Assembly: GCA_963715985.1 (NCBI GenBank)
Contig: CAVQSP010000014.1
Span: 640,001 to 704,000, forward strand
Source of the DNA: an uncultured Thermoleophilia bacterium
Lineage (GTDB): Bacteria > Actinomycetota > Thermoleophilia > UBA2241
DNA length: 64,000 bases
Reading direction: 5' to 3'
The translations under genes were made by a program, and so were the position numbers. Under the pieces are notes generated by a model that saw only the letters and a program-made list of their open reading frames with translations, was not told the origin of the DNA and searched no databases. Of this stretch, positions 37,169 through 45,551 are shown piece by piece (within the stretch, counting starts at the first letter, position 1; each line of letters opens with the position of its first letter).

Positions 37169-37244
37169 CAGGCCCGGAGGCGACGCCGGCTGACCCGGAG
37201 GCGACGGCGCCGGGCGCTCCCAGCGCGGCGCGAGCGGGCCCGGG

Positions 37245-38864
37245 TCAGCTGTCCAGCGGAGACTCCGTGAACCACACTTCGAGCTCCGTGCCCGCACGCG
37301 CCCGCCTGTAGAAGCCGGACACGAGGTAGACCCCGAACGACGCCGCGTAGAGCACCAGCGTCGTGACGATGGGCACGGCGAGCCCGAGTCCAAGGCTCAG
37401 CCCGAAGTCCACCGTGTAGCGCGCCACGATCCACACGGTGAAGACGACGAACGTCACACCCGCGAGCGTGATCACCGGCACACCCAGGAACTCGTAGCGG
37501 GACGCGGCCGACTCGCGGTACAACTCGCGGCGCACGAAGGGGAAGACGGCTCCGGTGGCGCACGTCACGGCGAAGGCGAGAATGTTCACCAATGCGACCG
37601 TGTTGAGCGTCAGTCGCCAGTAGGGGGTGAACGCGTAGACCATGCACGGCGCGACGCACATCACGCTGAACAGGGTGATGGCCTTCACCGGAGCCTTGGT
37701 CGTCGCATGCAGGTGCCCCACCCAGCGGGGCAGGATGCGGTCTGAGGACATCGCCATGAGGACACGTGACGCTGCCAGCGCGGGGTTCGGGGCGTTCATC
37801 CAGAGGAGCGCGTTGAGGAACAGCGCGACGATCACCGCGAGCAGGCGCGCCCACGACGAACCATCGGCCCACCAGAGAAACGGGACGACGGGCACCGGCA
37901 TCTGGTCCGGGTGCTCGAAGAAGAGAAAGGCGCTGGCGCCGAGCGAGGAGGCGCCGAACCTGTACGCCACCAAGGTGCCGAGGAGAGCGGAGAAGATCGC
38001 CGATGTGATCATGGCCCCGAGGATGATGAAGACCTGCGCCCGCAGCTGAGAGGCGTCCCTCGTCTCTCCCGCCTGTTGGGTGCTCCAGCCCGCGTACACG
38101 AGCATGTAGCTCGCGAGCGGGATGATCGCCAGCGTCTGGGCGAGGAACGTGCCGGTGCCGGGCGAGTAGCCGAGGGCCAGTGCCCGGGACATCCCCTCCT
38201 GATACACCGGCAGGCTCCCGAGATCGTCCACCTTGAGGAGGGCGATGAGGATCGGGATCAACAGGACGCCGGCCGCCACCGAGAACCAGCGCTGCCATCT
38301 GGCGTACGTCCTCATCCCGAGGATGACGACGGCCGCCGACCAGACGATGACGACGATCGACAGCACGAGGACGCCCCAGGGGCTCTGTGCCCACCTGGAT
38401 GCCTGGATGAGCGCCCCGGAGTCAAACGCCACACCCAGCGAGAAGAACAACGGACCCACCGCCAGATGAGCGGCGCACCAGCCGGTGACCGCTACCCACA
38501 GCGTCCCGCCGAGGACGATCGCCGAGAAGCAGAAGACAGAACCGGTGGCGGTGGAGAGGATGCGGGCCTGGAAGTAGTACTCTCCGCCGCTGCGCGGCAT
38601 GCACGCCGCGAGATAGGCGTAGACGAGCGCCTCAGCCGCACAGAAGCCTACCGCAATCGCGGTCGCCAGCAGCCAGTTCCCGCCCGGGTAGATCATGAGG
38701 GCGGTCAGGAATGCCAAGGCGAAGCCCATGATCGGGTTCATGACCTGGAAGTTGTAGAGGAAGGCGTCCAGCGGGTACCACACCCGATCCACCCGCCTAC
38801 TTAGGCACAACGTCAGGACGATGCCCTGGTCGTCGGCACTCGCGGGCGCGGGGTCCACGCTCAC
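37245..38864 (-). CDS. APC family amino acid/amine permease
   Basis: About 12 hydrophobic segments; MPRSGGEYY and SRVLMAMSSDRILP motifs. Confidence 0.85.
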   Translation of the reverse strand: MSVDPAPASADDQGIVLTLCLSRRVDRVWYPLDAFLYNFQVMNPIMGFALAFLTALMIYPGGNWLLATAIAVGFCAAEALVYAYLAACMPRSGGEYYFQARILSTATGSVFCFSAIVLGGTLWVAVTGWCAAHLAVGPLFFSLGVAFDSGALIQASRWAQSPWGVLVLSIVVIVWSAAVVILGMRTYARWQRWFSVAAGVLLIPILIALLKVDDLGSLPVYQEGMSRALALGYSPGTGTFLAQTLAIIPLASYMLVYAGWSTQQAGETRDASQLRAQVFIILGAMITSAIFSALLGTLVAYRFGASSLGASAFLFFEHPDQMPVPVVPFLWWADGSSWARLLAVIVALFLNALLWMNAPNPALAASRVLMAMSSDRILPRWVGHLHATTKAPVKAITLFSVMCVAPCMVYAFTPYWRLTLNTVALVNILAFAVTCATGAVFPFVRRELYRESAASRYEFLGVPVITLAGVTFVVFTVWIVARYTVDFGLSLGLGLAVPIVTTLVLYAASFGVYLVSGFYRRARAGTELEVWFTESPLDS

Positions 38865-39496
38865 TCCAGCAGGCCCTTCCTCATCGCGACCGCCACAGCA
38901 TGCGCGCGGTCCGAGACCTCGAGCGTGCGGTAGATAGACTCCAGGTGACTCTTGACGGTATCCACGCTGACGAAGAGGTGGAGCGCCACCTCGCGGTTGG
39001 TCGCGCCCGCCGCCACCATGCGGAGGATCTCCAGCTCGTGAGGCGTGAGCAACTCCTTGTCCTTCGCACGTTGTTCATCCCTCAGGAACGCCTTCACGAC
39101 GACCTCGTCGAAGTGGCGCCCTCCAGCGGCGACGTGACGGACGGCGCGGATCAACTCGTCTGCGGAGGCGTTCTTCATGACGTAGCCGCTCGCCCCCGAC
39201 TTGACGGCACGCAGCACGATCTCGTCGTCGTCGTGGACCGTCAGCACGATGATCTTCGGCAGACCCTCCGCGTCCCTGACCAGCTGCGGGATCACTTCGA
39301 GCCCGTGCATGCCGTGCATCTGCAGGTCGAGCAGCACGATGTCGCACTTGACGGTCTTGGCGAGGGTCACAGCCTCCTCGCCGCTGGACGCCTGGCCGAC
39401 GACCTGCAGGTCGTCGCAGGCGCTCAGCATGCCCTCCAGCCCGCGCCTGACGACCTCGTGATCGTCGACGATCAGTATGCGGATAGGTCTCACCAT
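38861..39496 (-). CDS. NarL/LuxR-family response regulator
   Basis: IVDDHEVVR, LLDLQM, GASGYVMK; HTH LTPHELEIL...TVKSH. Confidence 0.93.
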   Translation of the reverse strand: MVRPIRILIVDDHEVVRRGLEGMLSACDDLQVVGQASSGEEAVTLAKTVKCDIVLLDLQMHGMHGLEVIPQLVRDAEGLPKIIVLTVHDDDEIVLRAVKSGASGYVMKNASADELIRAVRHVAAGGRHFDEVVVKAFLRDEQRAKDKELLTPHELEILRMVAAGATNREVALHLFVSVDTVKSHLESIYRTLEVSDRAHAVAVAMRKGLLE

Positions 39497-39522
39497 CACG
39501 CTGGTGCCGAGGAGCGGCCTTT

Positions 39523-41724
39523 CTAGTCGTTCAGAGGGACGTCGAGCCTCACGATGGTGCCGACACCGGGCGTGGACTCGATCGAGAGCCGGGCGCCGAT
39601 GACCGTCGCCTGCTCCTCCATCATCGCGCACCCGAAGTGGGCGGCCTTCTTAAGCGCCGCGACACTGAAGCCCACCCCGTCGTCGCGAACGCTGAGCCGT
39701 GCCGAGCGCTTCTCTCCCGCGTCGGTCTGCTCGAGCCGTATCCAGATGTGTCCCGCCTCAGCGTGGCGGTTGGCGTTGAGCGTGGCCTCCCGGGCCACCT
39801 TGTACACGGCGGTCGCCGTCTCGCGGCTCAGGTCGGGAATGTGCTCGATGTTCGTGTGGACGAGCGTAGACCCGCGCGCACTGTCCAGATGCTGGCCCAG
39901 GGCCGCCAGGGAGGCCTCCAGCCCCAATTCGTCGAGGACTGGCGGGCGCAACTCCCACACGATGCGGCGAGCGTCGTCCACGGTCTGCTGGAGGACGCCG
40001 ACCGCCTCGTCGAGGATCTCGGCGGAGGCGTCCGGGTGGCGGCGCAGGAAGGATTCGAGCAGGTACCGTGCCCCTACCACCGACTGGATGATGTCGTCGT
40101 GGACGACGCTCGCGAACGTCTGGCGCTCGTCCTGACGTATCTCACAGATGCGCTGGGCGAGCGATTGGATGGACTCGCGGCTGTGCATGAGGTCCCGATA
40201 CAGCCGCGCGTTGTGGATGGCGATAGCGGCTTGCTCCGCCACTTCGGCGGCGCGCGCCATGTCCTGCTCGGAGTACCGTGTCCTCCGCCCGACTGAGTAC
40301 AGGACCAGCGAGCCGATGAGCTCGCTGTGCGCGAGGACCGGCACGATGAGGGCCGAGCGCAGGTCGAGAAGGCGCCGGGCCTCGGAGTCGACGCCGGCGC
40401 CTGCGATGAGGTCGTCCACCACGATGCTGCGCCTGCTCTCCAGGAGCGTGGCCAGGCTCTGGCCGCTGCGGATCCGCACGCGAAGCCCGATCAGGCTGGC
40501 GGCATCAGGTTCGGAGGCTGCGACGGTGACGAGGTCACCGGTCTCCGGGCTCAGCTCGAGGAGCAGACAGCTGGACCCGCTCACGGTGCTGACCGCGCTC
40601 ATCGCGATCTCCTGGTAGGTCTCGTGCAGGTCGAGGCTCTGCGAGATCGTGTGGAGGAAGGCCTGAGACGAGTGCAGGATCACGGCGTCGCGCCGGCTCT
40701 TCTCGGAGACGACGTGGCTGTGCACCAGAGGCCCAACGGCCTCGCACGCCGTGGTCAGGGCGCGAGTGCGGTCAAGCGTCAACTCCTGATCGCGCGCGCT
40801 GCTGACCACGATGTAGGCGGTGACCGAGTGGCCGGCAAGGGCCGGCGCGAGCACTCCGCTTCGGAACCCTCGGCTCATGACCGCTTTGAGGCCCCTCTGC
40901 AGGGCGTCGCCGGTACCCAGCTCCCTGAGCCGCGGCTGCTGCGCGAGACGGACCAGTTCCGGGTCGGTCAGATCGAGATCTTCGTATGGGTAGCCGCGCT
41001 GGCGCGTCGAGCCGTGGATCGCCAGGAGCTCGGCAGCTCGCGGGCTCCGGCACACGAACACCGCCCCTGCGTCCATGTCGAGCGCCCGGAGAAGGTGGGG
41101 CAGCATCGAGGACAGCGCCTCGTTCAAGTCGCGGTCCTGGTTGAGCTCCGAGAGTATGGTCTGGCTGACTCCGGCCTGCTGCTGGACTCGCAGAGCCGTC
41201 TCGAACACGCGACTGGTGGCGGCGGACGCCTCCGCGGCGAGCTCCAGCTGAAGGACTCCACGGCCGTTCCGAGCGTTCGGCGTGTAGGCTACCGTCCACA
41301 GGCTCACGCGTGCGCCGAGGCGGGCGAAGAACTCGCCCGCGAGGGGACGACGTTCGGCGCACGCCACCTCCACCGCCGCGGCCGTGCTCGGGTCCCAGTC
41401 GCTCAGGCACGTATTCACGCGCTCGCCCGCCCTCGCCTGCCACAGGCGCCGCAGGTGCCGGTCCGCGCCGTCCACGCGCACGATGACGGCGCGTTCGTCG
41501 AGTTCGAGGAGCAGAGCGTGCGAAGGCAGAGCGAGCGACGCCGGCGTGCCCGTGTCAGCAGACGTCTCAAGGCCATCCGCGGCTCCGACCAGCGGGGCGG
41601 CGTCCGCGTGGCTGCGTCTCAGACTTCGTAGACGTGGCATGTCGAGCATCAGATGCGAGCCTTCCACGCGCGTGCAGAAGAGTCCACGTCGGTGCGTCTT
41701 CCACCGCGGCATGGCCTGGGCCAC
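39523..41724 (-). CDS. cytoplasmic GAF-domain sensor histidine kinase (NarX/HisKA_3 type); start uncertain
   Basis: GAF-like segments (ALIVPVLAHSELIGSL, AAIAIHNARLY); VHDDIIQ His-box; EATLNANRH, DDGVGF and SIESTPGVGT; no TM helices seen. Confidence 0.88.
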   Translation of the reverse strand: MAQAMPRWKTHRRGLFCTRVEGSHLMLDMPRLRSLRRSHADAAPLVGAADGLETSADTGTPASLALPSHALLLELDERAVIVRVDGADRHLRRLWQARAGERVNTCLSDWDPSTAAAVEVACAERRPLAGEFFARLGARVSLWTVAYTPNARNGRGVLQLELAAEASAATSRVFETALRVQQQAGVSQTILSELNQDRDLNEALSSMLPHLLRALDMDAGAVFVCRSPRAAELLAIHGSTRQRGYPYEDLDLTDPELVRLAQQPRLRELGTGDALQRGLKAVMSRGFRSGVLAPALAGHSVTAYIVVSSARDQELTLDRTRALTTACEAVGPLVHSHVVSEKSRRDAVILHSSQAFLHTISQSLDLHETYQEIAMSAVSTVSGSSCLLLELSPETGDLVTVAASEPDAASLIGLRVRIRSGQSLATLLESRRSIVVDDLIAGAGVDSEARRLLDLRSALIVPVLAHSELIGSLVLYSVGRRTRYSEQDMARAAEVAEQAAIAIHNARLYRDLMHSRESIQSLAQRICEIRQDERQTFASVVHDDIIQSVVGARYLLESFLRRHPDASAEILDEAVGVLQQTVDDARRIVWELRPPVLDELGLEASLAALGQHLDSARGSTLVHTNIEHIPDLSRETATAVYKVAREATLNANRHAEAGHIWIRLEQTDAGEKRSARLSVRDDGVGFSVAALKKAAHFGCAMMEEQATVIGARLSIESTPGVGTIVRLDVPLND

Positions 41725-41804
41725 GGGGCGGTCTCGGGAACGGATGCATATTCTCGGTCAGAGAGGCCACAGATGCAACGCTCCCGGCCTGTCGCCCCCT
41801 CGTG

Positions 41805-41840
41805 ACCCCACCGGGTATTCGCCTTCACCCTTCCGGGTAT
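41805..41840. promoter_or_regulatory. two ACCC-N4-GGGTAT boxes 22 bp apart
   Basis: ACCCCACCGGGTAT (41805-18) and ACCCTTCCGGGTAT (41827-40) in the divergent kinase/mtmB intergenic region. Confidence 0.55.
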
Positions 41841-42109
41841 CCGACGCTGCACACACGGGGGGTGCACGTGTTCCGCCGGCTGCAGTACTGTCGTGTCCGC
41901 GGCGGTGGGATTCCGACACTGCCGTCTCCGGCCCCTATGTGCGCATCGTGCCAACGTCCTCGCACCGACGATGCCCTCCTGCACAGGACCCACTCGTCGA
42001 TGCCACGTACCGCGTCACCGGCGTGAGGTGAGGAGGTGGTGTCTCACCCGAGGTAGTTCCGCAGAGTCCGATCAGGCTTCCACAACGGTAGACCGGAAGG
42101 AGGAGCCAC

Positions 42110-43516
42110 ATGGCTGGACCTGGGACGAAAGCCCAGCGCGAGCGCATGACGGTCTTCGAGGCGTATGAGAGGGCCCGCAAGGGTCCCAAGGTGGACGAGG
42201 CGGTCTGGAACTTCGAGATCATCCCGCAGACCGCCAAGCGCCTCAAGGAGAAGTACGAGATCGAGATGGACAAGGCCGTCATGGTCCCCACCGATCCCGC
42301 GCTCATCAACAAGCTCTACAAGGCCGGTCTCGAGATGCTCGTCGAGTGCGGCGTCTACGTGATCAACACCGGCCGCGTCATCAAGTACACCGAGGAGGAG
42401 GTCCTCCTCGGCGTCGCCACCGCCCCCAAGGAGTGCATGCTCGGTGAGGGGCTCCACAGCCGGCGCATGTCCTACCGCTCCCACAAGGACACGCGCCCAC
42501 CGCTCGTCCAGGGTGGCCCCACCGGCGCCCCCTGCAGCGAGCAGTACTTCTTCCCGATCCACGAGTCCTACGTCAAGGAGGGCATCGTCGACTGCATCGT
42601 CGACGGCGTGCTCTCCACCGTGAACGGCTACAACCCCGCCCCCGACACCCCCTGGGAGGTCCTCGCCGGCCGCCAGGAGATCATGATGGTGCGCATGGCG
42701 CAGGCCAAGTGCGGCCGCGCGGGCATGGGCTTGTAGGGCCCCGAGACCACGCTGAACGCAGCCGCCACGATCTCGCAGGACTTCCCCGGCGGCATGCGGA
42801 CCACGGACAACCACGAGGTCTCGCAGCTGAATGAGTTGAAGACCGACCTAGGCGCGTTGCTCTTCACCTCTCATTACAATCTCTCTGCAGACACCGTGAT
42901 GGTCGAGCAGATGCCGATCTTCGGCGGCTTCGCCGGTGGTCTCGAGGAGACGACCATCGTCAACGTCGCGACGCATCTCAACTCGTTCGTCACGTTCGGC
43001 GGCACCTGGCATCTCGACGGTCCTGTGCACATGCGGTGGGGCATCACGACGACCAGGGAGGCCCTGGCCATCGCGGGTCACGCCATCATGGCGGTCAACT
43101 CCGTCTGGCCGCTCCTCAGCGGCAACCAGTACTACACGATGGCCGGCCCCTGCACGGTCATGTGCCTCCTGGAGACCGCCGCGCAGGCGATCACCGACAC
43201 CGCCAGCGGCCGCGAGATCATGAGCGGCGTGGCCGCCGCCAAGGGCGTCATCACCGACAAGACCACGGGCATGGAGGCGCGCTTCATGGGCGAGTGCGCG
43301 CACGCCGTCGCCGGCCTGCCCACGGAGCAGACCAACGAGATCCTCGACGCGCTGGTGAAGATGTACGAGGGCGACTACAAGACCGCCGACCAAGGCAAGT
43401 TCTTCCCCGAGTGCTACGACGTCGAGAAGGTCGTCCCGACCGACGAGTACCTCGAGGTCTACGACAAGGCCTGTGCGGCGATGAAGAGCCTGGGCGTCAA
43501 CTACAAGCTCTGGTGA
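42110..43516 (+). CDS. mtmB: monomethylamine:corrinoid methyltransferase, pyrrolysine at codon 209 (TAG 42734-42736), 468 aa
   Basis: ORFs 42110-42736 and 42794-43516 are in frame; read-through gives GRAGMGL-O-GPETTL, matching MtmB GRPGMGV-O-GPETSL. Confidence 0.95.
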
Positions 43517-43564
43517 GCGGCACCCGGTCAGCGAACACGCCGAGTTTGAGGAGGCTCTAGGCAA

Positions 43565-44212
43565 ATGGGAGAAGCTGAGTTCATCAAAGAAGCGATCGAC
43601 GCGCTGTTGACCAGCGACAAAGAGAAGGCCGTGGACGTCGCCAACCGCGCCATCGCCGCCGGCGTGGCGCCGGACAAGCTGATGGCGGACGGCTTCGTGG
43701 TCGGCATCCGCCAGCTCGGCGACAAGTTCGACGAGGGCGAGGTCTACCTGCCCGAGCTGATGCTCGCGGCGGCGGCCATGGAAGCCGCCATGGCCATCTG
43801 CAACGCGGCCCTGCCGGAGGGCAAGAGCGAGACCCGCGGCGTCGTCGTCATCGGCACCGTCGAGGGCGACGTGCACGACATCGGCAAGGCCATCGTCTGC
43901 GCCTACCTGCGCGCCAACGGCTACGAGGTCCACGACCTCGGCCGCGACGTGCCCGTGGAGGAGTTCGTCGACAAGGCCGAGGCGGTCGACGCCGACGTCA
44001 TCGGCGCCAGCGCCCTGCTCACCGCCACGATGCGCAAGCAGTCGGAGATCGTCGCCGAGCTCAAGGACCGCGGTCTCCGCGACAAGTACAAGTTCGTCGT
44101 CGGCGGCGCCCCCTGCACGCAGGAGTACGCCGACTCCATCGAGGCCGACGCCTACGCGGCCGACGCCAGCGACGGCGTCAAGAAGATCGAGGAGCTGCTG
44201 GGCGCGAAGTAA
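43565..44212 (+). CDS. mtmC: monomethylamine corrinoid protein
   Basis: YLPELM, GTVEGDVHDIGK (DxHxxG), SALLT and GGAP motifs; directly follows mtmB. Confidence 0.9.
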   Translation: MGEAEFIKEAIDALLTSDKEKAVDVANRAIAAGVAPDKLMADGFVVGIRQLGDKFDEGEVYLPELMLAAAAMEAAMAICNAALPEGKSETRGVVVIGTVEGDVHDIGKAIVCAYLRANGYEVHDLGRDVPVEEFVDKAEAVDADVIGASALLTATMRKQSEIVAELKDRGLRDKYKFVVGGAPCTQEYADSIEADAYAADASDGVKKIEELLGAK

Positions 44213-44250
44213 GTCGCCGCGCGCCCGGCAGGCCTGCCACACCTGCCGAC

Positions 44251-44287
44251 GGAGGGCGGCGCCCGCGGGAGCGGGCGCCGCCCTTCC
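44251..44287 (+). terminator. GC-rich hairpin after mtmC copy 1, without a T-tract
   Basis: AGGGCGGCGCCCGC-GGGA-GCGGGCGCCGCCCT, followed by TCCCGATTC. Confidence 0.5.
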
Positions 44288-44415
44288 CGATTCAGGAGAC
44301 ATTGTGCTGAGAGTCACGTTCACAGAGGCACCTGGGGCGGCGAGCCCGTCGCCCAAACTCGGGGAGGTAGCCGAATGACGAGAGTTTCGGTCAAGCGCAA
44401 TGGAAGGAGGTCGTT

Positions 44416-44775
44416 TTGAGCACTCCTGATGTCGACTCGATAGTCGAACAAGCACTCGAGGCTGAAGTACACGGCGGCAAGCACGACCCGCGCATCGACA
44501 GGCTCTACCGGCAGGACGTCATCACCATCTACATCTTCGTCGTGGCGTTGTGGCTCGTGCTGTGGACGGTCTTCTTCTTGGTCGCCAACCCGGTCATCAC
44601 CGACGACAAACTGCGGTGGCTCCTGATCGGCCTCGGCGTCTTCGCCTCGATCTTCAACAGCGTCGGCATGATCTCCAACACGCGGAGGCTCAAGCACGAG
44701 GCTGTGCGCTTCTACTCCCAGGATCTGTTCTGGCAGGACGAGAAGAAGCGTCGTAAGGCGGAGGGGCTCCTGTGA
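44416..44775 (+). CDS. small membrane protein (2 TM)
   Basis: AAGGAGG RBS, TTG start, two hydrophobic helices, host-like codon usage. Confidence 0.8.
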   Translation: MSTPDVDSIVEQALEAEVHGGKHDPRIDRLYRQDVITIYIFVVALWLVLWTVFFLVANPVITDDKLRWLLIGLGVFASIFNSVGMISNTRRLKHEAVRFYSQDLFWQDEKKRRKAEGLL

Positions 44776-44805
44776 GCGCGTTGCGATCCCGAAAGGAGGC
44801 TCCCG

Positions 44806-45006
44806 TTGGCTGACCAAGAGAACGAGCAGCACATCATCGGCCGGCACGTGGCCGCGAGTGAAGAGGAGTGGGTCGCCTACAAGGACTACAAGGCGCCCAC
44901 GCAGAGCAGGCTCTGGCAGATCATCGACGTGCTCTTCGTGATCATCCTCTGCTACGTCTGCCTGCTGATCCCGATCCTGCTCACCGGCAAGATGATCGTG
45001 GGGTGA
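44806..45006 (+). CDS. small membrane protein (C-terminal TM)
   Basis: AAGGAGG RBS; IIDVLFVIILCYVCLLIPILL. Confidence 0.75.
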   Translation: MADQENEQHIIGRHVAASEEEWVAYKDYKAPTQSRLWQIIDVLFVIILCYVCLLIPILLTGKMIVG

Positions 45007-45009
45007 CAG

Positions 45010-45351
45010 ATGAGACGACTGACTCTCACCCGGCTCGGTCCGGGACACAAGGCTCGTCGCGCCCTCGCACTCTTCACCCTCGTGGCTCTCTGCGTCACGC
45101 TGGTGCTGACGTGCGCAGGCGCATCTCTTGCCGCCGACGAAGGCCGGACGATCAACACGCCCGGAGGGGCGACGATCACGACGTCCGAGGGCATGGAGGC
45201 GCCGCAGCTCGACTACAAGTTCGTCTGGTGGAGCTTCATCCTCACGTTCGGGCTGCTCATCGTGTACTACGTGTGGATACTCCGCATCTCGGACAAGGAG
45301 TTCAAGAAGATCATCGACGCCCACTTCGGGCCCAAGCAGGACGGGAGGTGA
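45010..45351 (+). CDS. small membrane protein (signal-like N-terminus plus TM)
   Basis: Hydrophobic N-terminal helix; FVWWSFILTFGLLIVYYVWIL. Confidence 0.75.
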   Translation: MRRLTLTRLGPGHKARRALALFTLVALCVTLVLTCAGASLAADEGRTINTPGGATITTSEGMEAPQLDYKFVWWSFILTFGLLIVYYVWILRISDKEFKKIIDAHFGPKQDGR

Positions 45352-45356
45352 CGGGC

Positions 45357-45551
45357 ATGGCATGGGTGAACTACGTCACGTGGGCTATCGCCATCCTGCT
45401 GCTAGTGTGGCTCGTCATCGACGCCTTCCGCATCGAGACCACCTACGACGCCGAGCTTCTCGTCAGCTCCGTGGAGGGTGAGATCGAGAAGGAGATCCTC
45501 GACCACGACGAGCTCGCCCACCTCAAGGACCAGTCGAGAGGGGGCATGTGA
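45357..45551 (+). CDS. small membrane protein, 64 aa
   Basis: GGAGG RBS; MAWVNYVTWAIAILLLVWLVID; stop overlaps the permease ATG (TGATG). Confidence 0.75.
   Translation: MAWVNYVTWAIAILLLVWLVIDAFRIETTYDAELLVSSVEGEIEKEILDHDELAHLKDQSRGGM

Larger units (their letters stand above)
42098..44284 (+). repeat. copy 1 of a ~2.19-kb direct duplication (mtmB-mtmC cassette)
   Basis: Matches 50398-52584 at an offset of exactly 8300, with about a dozen substitutions found by eye. Confidence 0.97.

Noticed and set aside
37169-37244. Mobile-element boundary at the start of the island
   Set aside because: No integrase, transposase, tRNA or att-like direct repeat was seen.
39496-39525. Kinase-regulator fusion by read-through of the kinase TAG
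   Set aside because: The two genes are in different frames.
41724-42109. Cobalamin riboswitch upstream of the corrinoid operons
   Set aside because: I could not find the conserved B12-element motifs here or in the other leaders; an Infernal scan is needed to exclude it fully.
42110-43516. mtmB, mtbB and mttB as nonsense-mutated pseudogenes
   Set aside because: Each has a single TAG exactly at its family's Pyl motif, and the TAG is retained in both mtmB copies.
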